Source: an uncultured candidate division Zixibacteria bacterium
Lineage (GTDB): Bacteria > Zixibacteria > MSB-5A5 > UBA10806 > 4484-95
DNA length: 64,000 bases
Assembly: GCA_963668625.2 (NCBI GenBank)
Contig: CAXXKA010000006.1
Location: forward strand, 64,001 to 128,000
Direction: 5' to 3'
The notes beneath the pieces are model-generated. The model had not been told where the DNA came from and made no database searches. It saw only the letters and a program-made list of their open reading frames with translations. Shown here in pieces: positions 25,561-35,110 of the stretch. The number at the start of each line of letters is the position of its first letter. The first letter of the stretch is position 1. Position numbers and translations under genes: made by a program.

Positions 25561-28503
25561 ATGCGAAATTCGTTTTATAGCTATCTATTAAAACTGACAG
25601 TGTTATTGGCTGTCATGATGATGTTTCCAGATATACTATCCGGGGATATTTCCGATGACGACTCGAATTCATTTTCCTCGCCGATTCATCTCGCAATAGC
25701 AAGAGCAGATTCGCTTTTGAACGGTAGAAAACTGGAAGCGGGGACGATCCTTATCGATTCTATCATGGCAAACGCCCGGGAGGAACTGCCGCCTGATGAT
25801 ACCACGCTTGCCTACGCCCTCAATGTACTCGGTAAGGCCGCATATTTCGCCTCGGATTATAAGAAATGTCGGAATGCATGGATGGAATCTTACGATATTC
25901 GTAGAAAAAATCTGGGCCTCGATCACGCTTTGACCGCCGCCAGTTTGAACAACCTGGGAGCGCTGGTAAAAACGGTCGGGGAATTTCATCGAGCCGAAAG
26001 CCTGTATACCGAGGTGCTGGCTATCAGGAAAAGAATTCAACCCCCCGATCATCCTGATTTTGCCGGCCTGTACACCAACCTTGGCAGTCTCAAACGTATA
26101 ACCGGTCAATTCGCCGAGGCCGAATCGTTATACCATCTGGCGTATGATATCAACCTGAAAACCGTTGGCGAAAAACATCCCGTAACCGCTGGATGTATGA
26201 ACAATATCGGCGTCTTATACGAGGAACAAGGGCGCTATGAACAAGCAGGGGAGTTTTACCGTAAGGCTCTGGATTCTTATATGGAAACGCTTGGCGAGAA
26301 ACATCCGCAAACAGCATCCAGCCTGAATAACCTGGGCAATCTGTATTATAACATGCATAATTATAACGCTGCCGAATCGCTTTACACGCTGGCATTGAAT
26401 ATCAGGCGCGAGTTATACGGCGAGGATCATCTGGCGCTGGCGTCTTCGTATAATAATCTGGCTATTGTCAGCATGGAAACCGGCGATTTTGTCGGGGCGG
26501 AATCGTACTATAATAAGGCGCTGCTAATTAAAAGCAGCAAATTACCGGCCGGTCATCCGCTTTTGGCCTCGAGTTACGATAACCTTGGAATCGTATATTA
26601 CTATATGAGTGAATATAAAAAGTCCGAGGAGATGCTTTTGATATCCCAGGATATTTATAACAAAACATACGGTGACTTTCATCCTTATTCGACCTCCAAC
26701 CTGACTAATATCGCTAAACTGTATGCGGCGATGGGAAAGTACCCCGAGGCATTCGATACTTTCAGCCGGGTATTCGATTCGAGGCAGAAATTCATCCGTG
26801 AGGTATTCGCTTATGCCGGTGAGGCCAATAAGTTGAAATATCTTCATAAATATCCCTTGATCGATAACGCCCTGCTCTCGCTGGCGGTAAAATTAAATTC
26901 CGCCGATATGAATGAGCTCGCGTTCAGGATGATACTGGAAGGCAAAGCGGCCGTTATCGATGCTATCTGCGCGGAGAAACAGATAGTGTTCAGTCAACCT
27001 ACTCCCGAGGCGGAGAATCAATTCGAAATCTGGCGCGATGCCTGTACCCGACTTTCGACAGTGGCTCTTTCCGGAATCGATTATCTCAGAACCGATATCT
27101 ACAAACACAAAGTCGACTCGCTTTTCGCAGTAAAGGACTCGATGGAATTACTCCTGAGTAAGAATTACGCCGAATTCGGAGATAAAACGGCCGGCGATAA
27201 TGTCGATCTTGACGATCTTGCATCGGCGCTGCTCGAGAATGAGGCATTGTGGGAGTTCGTGAAATATGATTATTATGATTTCGATAAGCCGGGTTCCGAT
27301 ACCGATAGGACGGGAGAGCCGAAATATCTCGCTGTCGTATATGATAATCGCGAAAAACTGCGTGTAGTTGATCTGGGAAGTTCGGATATTATAGACGGCG
27401 CTGTCGAGAAGATCAGGCAAAACATCTATGACGCGGATCAGTACATTTTCTCGTTCGGGGAGCAAGCCGCCGAGAAAATGTTCTTGGAGGGTGCGAACGA
27501 GCTTTATGGCATTTTGATCAACCCTCTAATTAGTATTGCGCCCGAGTTCAGCACGATAATCATTTCGCCCGATGGCGAATTGAATCTTATACCTTTCGAA
27601 ATACTGGCCGCCGATGATGATCACTATCTTATCGAAAACTATGACCTTAAATATGTTTCCTCGGGACGGGATATTTTGACGTTCGGTGATTTCCAAAATA
27701 ATATTACGGATATCCTGATCCTGGCTGATCCAAAATACGATTGCCGAATATCAGGAATCGATAAAGAACGAAATAAGTTTACCGAAAACGCGAGCGCGAG
27801 TGATAGCCGTGGCAGCCGAACTAATAATGGCTGCAATCTTCGAAATTTTACTCCTTTGCCGTACACCGGGGTAGAGGCCCGTGAAATTGTCAATTTGCTG
27901 GAAAAGTTAAAAATCGAAAACGTACGATACTTCTCCGATGATGACGCCTCGGAGACGGTTTTAAAAGAATATGCATTATCCCCCCAGGTACTTCATTTGG
28001 CCACTCATGGTTTTTTCTGCGAGGCCCGGACCGATAATAATCAATCGCTGATTCAAAACCCGCTTTTGCGCTCGGGATTGGCTTTGGCGGATGCCAATTG
28101 CATTAACGAACTGAGTTACGACAGGCTACGGACTTTAGGCGAGGATGGCATATTAACGGCGTTCGAGGCCAGTGGCCTGGATTTGTCACAAACGAGGCTG
28201 GTGGTGCTTTCGGCTTGCGAAACCGGACTTGGCGAGGTACAGAGCGGCGAGGGTGTGTTCGGCTTGCGTCGAGCGTTTCAGTATGCCGGTTCCGGGGCTA
28301 TCCTGATGAGTTTATGGAAAGTCGATGAGGCAGAAACCTCCGATTTGATGAGCGGTTTTTATGAAAACTGGTTGAGCGGTAATTCCAAAAGTAAATCTTT
28401 CCGCAAAGCGGCGCTCGATATCATGAACAAACGAAGAGATAATAGCGGCTGTGCCCACCCCTATTACTGGGGCGGCTTCGTACTTTTGGGAAATCCGAAT
28501 TAA
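25561..28503 (+). CDS. Exported TPR-CHAT caspase-like cysteine protease
   Basis: Hydrophobic N-terminal signal; eight 42-aa TPRs (HP..A.SLNNLG); SPDGELNLIPFE, HLATHG (His816), VLSACETG (Cys886), SLWKV, HPYYWGGF. Confidence 0.93.
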   Translation: MRNSFYSYLLKLTVLLAVMMMFPDILSGDISDDDSNSFSSPIHLAIARADSLLNGRKLEAGTILIDSIMANAREELPPDDTTLAYALNVLGKAAYFASDYKKCRNAWMESYDIRRKNLGLDHALTAASLNNLGALVKTVGEFHRAESLYTEVLAIRKRIQPPDHPDFAGLYTNLGSLKRITGQFAEAESLYHLAYDINLKTVGEKHPVTAGCMNNIGVLYEEQGRYEQAGEFYRKALDSYMETLGEKHPQTASSLNNLGNLYYNMHNYNAAESLYTLALNIRRELYGEDHLALASSYNNLAIVSMETGDFVGAESYYNKALLIKSSKLPAGHPLLASSYDNLGIVYYYMSEYKKSEEMLLISQDIYNKTYGDFHPYSTSNLTNIAKLYAAMGKYPEAFDTFSRVFDSRQKFIREVFAYAGEANKLKYLHKYPLIDNALLSLAVKLNSADMNELAFRMILEGKAAVIDAICAEKQIVFSQPTPEAENQFEIWRDACTRLSTVALSGIDYLRTDIYKHKVDSLFAVKDSMELLLSKNYAEFGDKTAGDNVDLDDLASALLENEALWEFVKYDYYDFDKPGSDTDRTGEPKYLAVVYDNREKLRVVDLGSSDIIDGAVEKIRQNIYDADQYIFSFGEQAAEKMFLEGANELYGILINPLISIAPEFSTIIISPDGELNLIPFEILAADDDHYLIENYDLKYVSSGRDILTFGDFQNNITDILILADPKYDCRISGIDKERNKFTENASASDSRGSRTNNGCNLRNFTPLPYTGVEAREIVNLLEKLKIENVRYFSDDDASETVLKEYALSPQVLHLATHGFFCEARTDNNQSLIQNPLLRSGLALADANCINELSYDRLRTLGEDGILTAFEASGLDLSQTRLVVLSACETGLGEVQSGEGVFGLRRAFQYAGSGAILMSLWKVDEAETSDLMSGFYENWLSGNSKSKSFRKAALDIMNKRRDNSGCAHPYYWGGFVLLGNPN

Positions 28504-28634
28504 CCTGAATAACAGGCAAGTTTAAACGGAATAAAACATATATTCGGACTTCTGTATATTTAGCTCCTTCATTATTTTGGGCTTGCATTAACGGTTTTTT
28601 TTTTCTATTATTTCGACCTGAATTTAAAATAAGG

Positions 28635-29195
28635 GTGAATGCTATGGTAATAATTCCAAAGAAGCTTTTTTTGACAAAAGGTGTCGGTACTCATAAAGAA
28701 AAATTGGCCTCCTTCGAGCTTGCTTTACGTTCAGCCGGAATTGCCGGCGTGAACCTGGTGCATGTGTCATCCATTTTTCCGCCCAATTGCCAGTTAATCA
28801 GCAGGGACGCGGGTTTGAAAAAACTACACCCCGGACAAATTGTATTTTCCGTGATGAGCAGAAGCGAAACACATGAGCCCAATCGTCTGATGTCAGCCTC
28901 CGTTGGACTGGCTATTCCTAACGATCGTACACAATACGGCTATTTGTCGGAACACCAGTCGTTCGGCCAAACCGGAAGAATCTCCGGCGATTATGCCGAG
29001 GATTTGGCGGCAGGGATGTTAGCCTCCACGCTCGGTATAGAATTCGATGTCGATAAATCTTACGATGAGAAAAAAGAGATATACAAGATTTCCGGTAAAA
29101 TAGTCCGAACTACTAATATCACCCAATCGGCCAGGGGCAACAAGGATGGCCTGTGGACAACCGTGGTGGCAGCGGCGATATTCCTGTCGGAGTAA
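28635..29195 (+). CDS. pdaD: Pyruvoyl-dependent arginine decarboxylase (start may be 28644)
   Basis: [22 protein letters not shown] with Ser-Ser self-cleavage site; GYLSEH; WTTVVAAA. Confidence 0.92.
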   Translation: MNAMVIIPKKLFLTKGVGTHKEKLASFELALRSAGIAGVNLVHVSSIFPPNCQLISRDAGLKKLHPGQIVFSVMSRSETHEPNRLMSASVGLAIPNDRTQYGYLSEHQSFGQTGRISGDYAEDLAAGMLASTLGIEFDVDKSYDEKKEIYKISGKIVRTTNITQSARGNKDGLWTTVVAAAIFLSE

Positions 29196-29231
29196 CCGAT
29201 CGGATATTGTCTTTTAGTTGGAAATTATATC

Positions 29232-29260
29232 TTGATTAAACACACCTCTATCGCTAACTT
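29232..29260 (+). promoter_or_regulatory. Possible internal leaderless promoter
   Basis: TTGATT-17 nt-TAACTT-6 nt-ATG, no SD. Confidence 0.4.
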
Positions 29261-29266
29261 GATCAC

Positions 29267-29992
29267 ATGAGACTACAGGTTTACGGTGATTTCGCGAACT
29301 ATTATGATTTCCTGGGCTGGAACAGGTTCGCCCGTATCTCAGCGGAGCGATTAAAGAATTTCGTCAAGTTCAGGGGAAATGGCGGCGAGACCGTTCTGGA
29401 TTTGGCCTGCGGAACCGGAGAACTGGAATATCTATTAGCCGATACGGAACTGAAATTTACCGGGGTGGATATATCACGCAAGATGCTTACCGAGGCGAGA
29501 CGCAAAACCAGCGGTGTAAAGTATATTTACGGTGATATCAGTGATGTCCGGCTGGGGAAGAAATTCGATCTGGCCGTTTGCTTTTTCGATAGTGTCAACC
29601 ACCTGAGCGGCATTACGGCAATCAAGAAAATGTTCAAGACCGTGAAAATGCATCTAAAACCGGGCGGCTATTTTCTTTTCGATATGCTGACGCCCGAGGG
29701 GTTGGAGCAGTGGGAGGCTATCGATATACGCCGGGATGATGATCACTACGTGATCGTTAACGGGCATTACGATCCCGATAAAATCACGGTCGATGTGATG
29801 ATCGAGGGATTCGTGGAAAAATCGAAAGATACGTATACCCGATTCTGCCAGCAGATCAGGGAATGCTCGTTGACACTGGATAAAGTTGCCGAATTGTTGA
29901 CTATCGCCGGTTTCGATGATATCTCGGTGACCTCGTTCGACCTGGAAGAACCGATCGAACATACCTCACGCTGGTATTTCGTGGTGGGTTGA
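29267..29992 (+). CDS. Class I SAM-dependent methyltransferase
   Basis: VLDLACGTG, GVDIS..ML, FDSVNHL, LKPGGYFLFD. Confidence 0.9.
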   Translation: MRLQVYGDFANYYDFLGWNRFARISAERLKNFVKFRGNGGETVLDLACGTGELEYLLADTELKFTGVDISRKMLTEARRKTSGVKYIYGDISDVRLGKKFDLAVCFFDSVNHLSGITAIKKMFKTVKMHLKPGGYFLFDMLTPEGLEQWEAIDIRRDDDHYVIVNGHYDPDKITVDVMIEGFVEKSKDTYTRFCQQIRECSLTLDKVAELLTIAGFDDISVTSFDLEEPIEHTSRWYFVVG

Positions 29993-29993
29993 T

Positions 29994-30866
29994 ATGTATA
30001 GAAATATCCCTTACAATTTTTTGGCCTTGCCCGAGGAACTGTCATCCTACGACAGCGCCAGGGTTGCCGTGCTGCCGATACCTTACGATCTGACACTGTC
30101 GTACGGGGCGGGATCGCGCAACGGCCCGCAAGCGATCATAAATGCCAGCCGTCAGTTGGAAACCTACGATGATGATTCGGGCCGTGATGTAACCGAGATC
30201 GGCATTGCTACACTGCCTGAAATGGAGCAGGTGACGGCCTCGCCCGAGGCTATGAACGAAGTGATTCGCGTTGCCTGTGTCGAATTATGTCGAGCGGGTA
30301 AGTTCGTTTTAACCCTGGGGGGCGAACATTCGATAACCGCTGGCCTGGTAAAAGCACACGCCAAGATTCATGAAAATCTATCAGTAATTCAAATAGATGC
30401 TCACAGCGATTTGCGCGACAACTACCAGGGCAGTAAATATTCTCATGCCTGCGTTATGTCTCGCGTATCCGAACTGGCGCCTTTCATCGGGATTGGTGTC
30501 CGAAGTTTCAGCGGTTCCGAGAACGAGAAAAAACACGCTTCTAATTTTATTCGTCCCAAGGACTTGCGAAAAAATGCGAATATTTACGAAAAACAATTAG
30601 CTAACCTTTCGGAAAATGTTTATATCACGATTGACCTCGACGGACTGGATCCCTCGATTATGCCCTCGGTCGGCACCCCCGAACCCGGCGGCCTGACCTG
30701 GGATGAGGTGATGCGAATAGTCGAAATTACCGGCGAGAACAAGCGAATCGTAGGCGCTGATATAGTGGAGCTTTCGCCTCGGCCGGGACTTGAGTTCGCG
30801 GATTTTACCGCGGCCAAACTGGCGTATAAAGTGATAGCCGCAGCTTTCAAAAAGGAATTAGCATGA
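29994..30866 (+). CDS. speB: Agmatinase
   Basis: GGEHSIT, DAHSDLRD, SHAC, DLDGLDP, GTPEPGG, DIVEL; near arginine decarboxylase. Confidence 0.93.
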   Translation: MYRNIPYNFLALPEELSSYDSARVAVLPIPYDLTLSYGAGSRNGPQAIINASRQLETYDDDSGRDVTEIGIATLPEMEQVTASPEAMNEVIRVACVELCRAGKFVLTLGGEHSITAGLVKAHAKIHENLSVIQIDAHSDLRDNYQGSKYSHACVMSRVSELAPFIGIGVRSFSGSENEKKHASNFIRPKDLRKNANIYEKQLANLSENVYITIDLDGLDPSIMPSVGTPEPGGLTWDEVMRIVEITGENKRIVGADIVELSPRPGLEFADFTAAKLAYKVIAAAFKKELA

Positions 30867-31597
30867 ATTGGTGGAGCAGGTATTACGACGATAACTATTT
30901 GAATATATTTTCTTACACCGAGCAAAGCGCCGAGACCGAGGTCGAAGGCATTGTCAGGATGCTTAATCTCACTCCGCCCTCCCGGATTTTAGATCTCTGT
31001 TGCGGTTTCGGCCGTCATTCTCTAATACTTGCCGAACGCGGTTATGATGTAACCGGGCTGGATATATCGAAAGCTTTTCTGGATTACGCAAGCTCTAAAG
31101 CCGATCAACGGGGTATCAAATTAAAACTGGAACAGCGTGATATGCGCGATATCGAGCATGATAACGAATTCGACGCGGTTATCAACATATTCACCGCCTT
31201 CGGTTTTTTCGATAACGAACAGGAAGATCTGAAGGTTTTAGAAAGTGTCGTACAGGCGCTAAAACCCGAGGGCAAGTTCGTCATCGATACGTTAAACCGA
31301 GATTATGTCATTCATTCGGGTCAATACCAGACCTGGAAACAACGCAACGGCTCGACTGTATTAGAGGAGCGTTTTTTCGATTTCTTCAAATCTCGTCTCG
31401 AAATTTCGCATCACTTGATAGATATCGAAAAGGGTGATAGAAAACTCGAATCATCTTTCAGGCTTTATACGTTAACTGAGATGCTGGACATGTTCGATAA
31501 AGCCGGCTTGATGTTGACCGATGTATATGGTAACTTCGACGGCAGCCTGTATTCGGGACAATCGCCGCGAATGATACTCGTGGCTCGCCGCCGATAA
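30863..31597 (+). CDS. Class I SAM-dependent methyltransferase
   Basis: ILDLCCGFGRH, GLDIS, DMR, NIFTAFGFF, LKPEGKFVID; ATGA overlap with speB. Confidence 0.9.
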   Translation: MNWWSRYYDDNYLNIFSYTEQSAETEVEGIVRMLNLTPPSRILDLCCGFGRHSLILAERGYDVTGLDISKAFLDYASSKADQRGIKLKLEQRDMRDIEHDNEFDAVINIFTAFGFFDNEQEDLKVLESVVQALKPEGKFVIDTLNRDYVIHSGQYQTWKQRNGSTVLEERFFDFFKSRLEISHHLIDIEKGDRKLESSFRLYTLTEMLDMFDKAGLMLTDVYGNFDGSLYSGQSPRMILVARRR

Positions 31598-31661
31598 CTG
31601 GAAAACCAAATAACTTTTTACGATACCCGTACCAGGAATGGTTGCGGGGTTTTTGGCATTT

Positions 31662-34600
31662 ATGATATTACAGAATATTCTAAAAGATTTAGACGGCTTA
31701 AAACCATTCGAAAAGCTGATCGACAATATCGTATCGGGAAAGGTCGATTCGGGAGTAAGAGGGCTGGCCGGTTCCTCACAGGCAATGGCTATTGCCTATG
31801 CTGTTACCAGGCTTTCCCGACCCGTTCTGGTTATTGCTAATGATGTGGAGGAGGCCGAAAAGCTTTATGATGACCTTAAAGCTTTTCTCGGCGAGAGCAG
31901 GGTCTGGTATTTTCCCTCATGGGGTATTACTCCCTACGAGGTGAGAACTCCGCATACCGAGATCATCGGCAGGCGACTCATGACGTTATCCAATCTCCAT
32001 TCGTTCGATAACAGTTCTACCGAACCTATTGCCGTGGTAGCGCCGGTTAAAGCATTAATAGAGCCGACGATTACCTCGGACTCCCTCGAAAAATACAGCC
32101 TTAATATAAAAAAGGGCGAACAATTCGAACATGATAATCTGATCCATCTGCTGGCAAAGTTAAATTATAAACGCACGCCGGTTACCGAGATGCTGGGTGA
32201 GTATTCGGTACGAGGCGGACTCATCGATATTTTTACACCTTTTAATGATGATCCTGTCAGGATAGAGTTTTTCGGTGATGAGGTTGATTCGATCAGGAAC
32301 TTCTCGGTACTCTCGCAACGTTCGACCGGCTATTTGCACTCTGCATTTTTACTTCCCCGACGGGAGATGGTTTTCGATCACGACCTGATCGATAGATATG
32401 CCGCCAGCCTGGATGAGGCCGGTGCGCAGGCGTTGCATGTCGCCCTCGGTGATAACGGCGATTTTGACGGCCTGGAGTTTATCTGGCCAAAGCTCGGTAT
32501 CGAAATGAGTAACCTGTTCGGGCATCTACCGCCGAACACGCTGCTGTTTGCCCAGGATAAAACATCCTGCCTGGCGGAGGTAGAGGATGTTATCGATCTG
32601 GCCAACGAGCGATACGAATCGAAAGATGAGACGCCTTTCGCTGATGTCGATGAGGTTTATCTCGGTCCGGAGAAATTCGAAAAGGAGCTATCTCGATTCC
32701 AGGTTGTTGATCTTAACGGCACCGAAAGTGGCAATGGTGAGGATATCGTCGATGCCCGTATTAAACCGCAAGAGTTTTTCAGCACCAATCTCGCTTATTT
32801 CAAAACCCGCCTGGAGGAGCTTCATAATGAGGGATACGAGTTAAATATCTTATGTGAAAGTCCGGGCCAGAAAGATCGTATAGGTGAGATACTCGAAGAA
32901 TCCGAGGTTCCAGTCGAGCTGAATGTCGCTCGCCTGTCCTCGGGGTTCGCCATAACCCAGCTTCGGCGATGGTACCTGGTAGATCATCAGATTTTCACCC
33001 GTCACAAGAAAAGGCGAACGTTCCGCAGGTTCAAAGAGGGGGTCGCCCTATCCTCGTATTCGAATTTGAATCCCGGCGATTTCGTCGTGCATATCGACTA
33101 CGGTATCGGCCGATTCAGTGGCTTGGAAACTCTTGTCATAGACGGTCGCAAACGCGATTGCCTGAGTATATTCTATCTCGGCGAGGATAAACTGTATGTG
33201 CCGATCGAGGAGTTCAATCGGGTACAGAAATACGCCGGTAAGGATGGCGCTCCCCGACTTTCCAAACTGGGATCGGGTACCTGGGAGAGAACCAAGGCTA
33301 AAACCAAGAAAGCTCTCATGGAGATGGCCGGAGAGCTGGTTCAGCTATATGCCGAACGGCAGGCGTTCCCGGGATTCGCGTTTAATCCCGACTCCACCTG
33401 GATGCGTCAATTGGAGGCCTCATTCGAATACGAGGAGACGCCCGATCAGCTTAAAGTCATGGATGAGATAAAAGCGGATATGGAGAAATCCATTCCGATG
33501 GACAGGTTGGTTTGCGGTGATGTCGGCTATGGTAAAACCGAACTTGCCATCAGGGCGGCTTTGAAAGCTGTCGACTCCGATATGCAGGTGGCGGTACTTG
33601 CGCCCACGACTATTCTTGCGGCCCAGCATTTCGAGACATTTACGAAAAGACTGGCGGAATTCCCGATACAGGTGGAGATGCTTTCCCGATTCCGCACTCC
33701 CAAGGATGTAAAGCGAGTTAAAACAGGCATTAATAATGGCAATGTTGATATCGTTATAGGAACTCATATGCTTTTGGGAAAAACTATCGAGTTTAAAAAT
33801 CTCGGTTTGCTTATCGTGGATGAAGAACAGCGTTTCGGCGTCGGCCAAAAAGAGAAGATTAAGAAAATTAAAAGCCAGGTGGATGTTTTAACGCTTACCG
33901 CTACGCCAATACCGCGTACGCTACAGCTTTCACTGGCCTCGGCTCGCGACATGTCGATTATCACCACGCCGCCTAAAGCCAGGCTGCCGATTGTCACCGA
34001 GGTCTCGCGCTTTTCGGATAGCGGCATAACGGAGGCGGTGATGCGTGAACTCGATAGGGGAGGGCAGGTGTTTATTGTCCATAACCGGGTCCAGTCGATT
34101 TACGCTTTCCATCGCTATTTGAAAAACCTGATGCCGCTCATTAAAATAGGGGTGGGGCATGGCCAGATGTCCGAACGCGAGCTGGAGATGGTCATGAAAA
34201 ATTTCATCGACCGCCGTTTTGATGTGCTTCTGGCGACAACTATCATCGAGTCGGGGCTGGATATACCCTCCGTGAACACGATAGTTATAAACCGAGCTGA
34301 CAGGTTGGGTTTGGCACAATTATACCAACTCAGGGGAAGAGTCGGTCGCTCGAAATACCGGGCCTATGCCAAATTACTGATCCCGCCGCTGAAAATGCTG
34401 ACCAAGGAGGCCAGGAAGCGCCTGAAAGCTATCGAGGAGTTTACCGAATTGGGCTCGGGATTCCATCTTGCCATGCGCGATCTGGAGATACGCGGCGCCG
34501 GGAATCTTCTGGGGGCACAACAGCATGGATTTATCGAGGAGGTAGGATTCGATCTGTATATCAAGCTTCTGGAGGAGGCGGTAGCCCAATTTAAAGGGAA

Positions 34601-35060
34601 GACGGCCGAGGAGCATTTTAAAGATATTAAAACCACTACAGATCTCGATTTATTCATCCCGGAGAACTATATATCGGAAAGCAATCAACGTGTCGATATT
34701 TACCGCCGTATCAGCGGTTGCCAGAATAGCGATCAATTGGAAGAAATGCTGAAAGAAGTTGCCGATAGATATGGCCCCGTTCCCGAGGCGGTAACCAACC
34801 TGGCTAACTTATCATCTGCTAAGCTGTTAGGGAGTAATCTCAAGCTGGATGCCATTAATTTACATCGCGATAAACTAATTTTGGAATTCGGTGACAGCGG
34901 TGATATTGGCCGAAAGAGAATCGAAAAATGGGTGAGTACGATTCGCGAAAAGCTGGAGTTCAAGTACGGCAAAAACTTTATTATCAAAATAACGTTAAAT
35001 TGTGATGAGGACAAGAGATCCTCAGCGATGAAAAAACTATTGCAGAAAATGCAGGATTAG
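31662..35060 (+). CDS. mfd: Transcription-repair coupling factor
   Basis: RGGLIDIF, GDFVVHIDYGIG, CGDVGYGKTE, DEEQRFG, TATPIPRT, QLRGRVGR, DLEIRGAGN. Confidence 0.98.
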   Translation: MILQNILKDLDGLKPFEKLIDNIVSGKVDSGVRGLAGSSQAMAIAYAVTRLSRPVLVIANDVEEAEKLYDDLKAFLGESRVWYFPSWGITPYEVRTPHTEIIGRRLMTLSNLHSFDNSSTEPIAVVAPVKALIEPTITSDSLEKYSLNIKKGEQFEHDNLIHLLAKLNYKRTPVTEMLGEYSVRGGLIDIFTPFNDDPVRIEFFGDEVDSIRNFSVLSQRSTGYLHSAFLLPRREMVFDHDLIDRYAASLDEAGAQALHVALGDNGDFDGLEFIWPKLGIEMSNLFGHLPPNTLLFAQDKTSCLAEVEDVIDLANERYESKDETPFADVDEVYLGPEKFEKELSRFQVVDLNGTESGNGEDIVDARIKPQEFFSTNLAYFKTRLEELHNEGYELNILCESPGQKDRIGEILEESEVPVELNVARLSSGFAITQLRRWYLVDHQIFTRHKKRRTFRRFKEGVALSSYSNLNPGDFVVHIDYGIGRFSGLETLVIDGRKRDCLSIFYLGEDKLYVPIEEFNRVQKYAGKDGAPRLSKLGSGTWERTKAKTKKALMEMAGELVQLYAERQAFPGFAFNPDSTWMRQLEASFEYEETPDQLKVMDEIKADMEKSIPMDRLVCGDVGYGKTELAIRAALKAVDSDMQVAVLAPTTILAAQHFETFTKRLAEFPIQVEMLSRFRTPKDVKRVKTGINNGNVDIVIGTHMLLGKTIEFKNLGLLIVDEEQRFGVGQKEKIKKIKSQVDVLTLTATPIPRTLQLSLASARDMSIITTPPKARLPIVTEVSRFSDSGITEAVMRELDRGGQVFIVHNRVQSIYAFHRYLKNLMPLIKIGVGHGQMSERELEMVMKNFIDRRFDVLLATTIIESGLDIPSVNTIVINRADRLGLAQLYQLRGRVGRSKYRAYAKLLIPPLKMLTKEARKRLKAIEEFTELGSGFHLAMRDLEIRGAGNLLGAQQHGFIEEVGFDLYIKLLEEAVAQFKGKTAEEHFKDIKTTTDLDLFIPENYISESNQRVDIYRRISGCQNSDQLEEMLKEVADRYGPVPEAVTNLANLSSAKLLGSNLKLDAINLHRDKLILEFGDSGDIGRKRIEKWVSTIREKLEFKYGKNFIIKITLNCDEDKRSSAMKKLLQKMQD

Positions 35061-35110
35061 CTATAATTGAAAACTATTGTAAATCTTTGAACAACCGGGA
35101 GGATTTAACT

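Noticed and set aside
24336-28503. Calling the TPR-CHAT/sigma locus a type III-E CRISPR (Craspase) system
   Set aside because: No Cas7-11/gRAMP, Csx30/31-like genes or repeat-spacer array in the window, and the CHAT protein has an export signal
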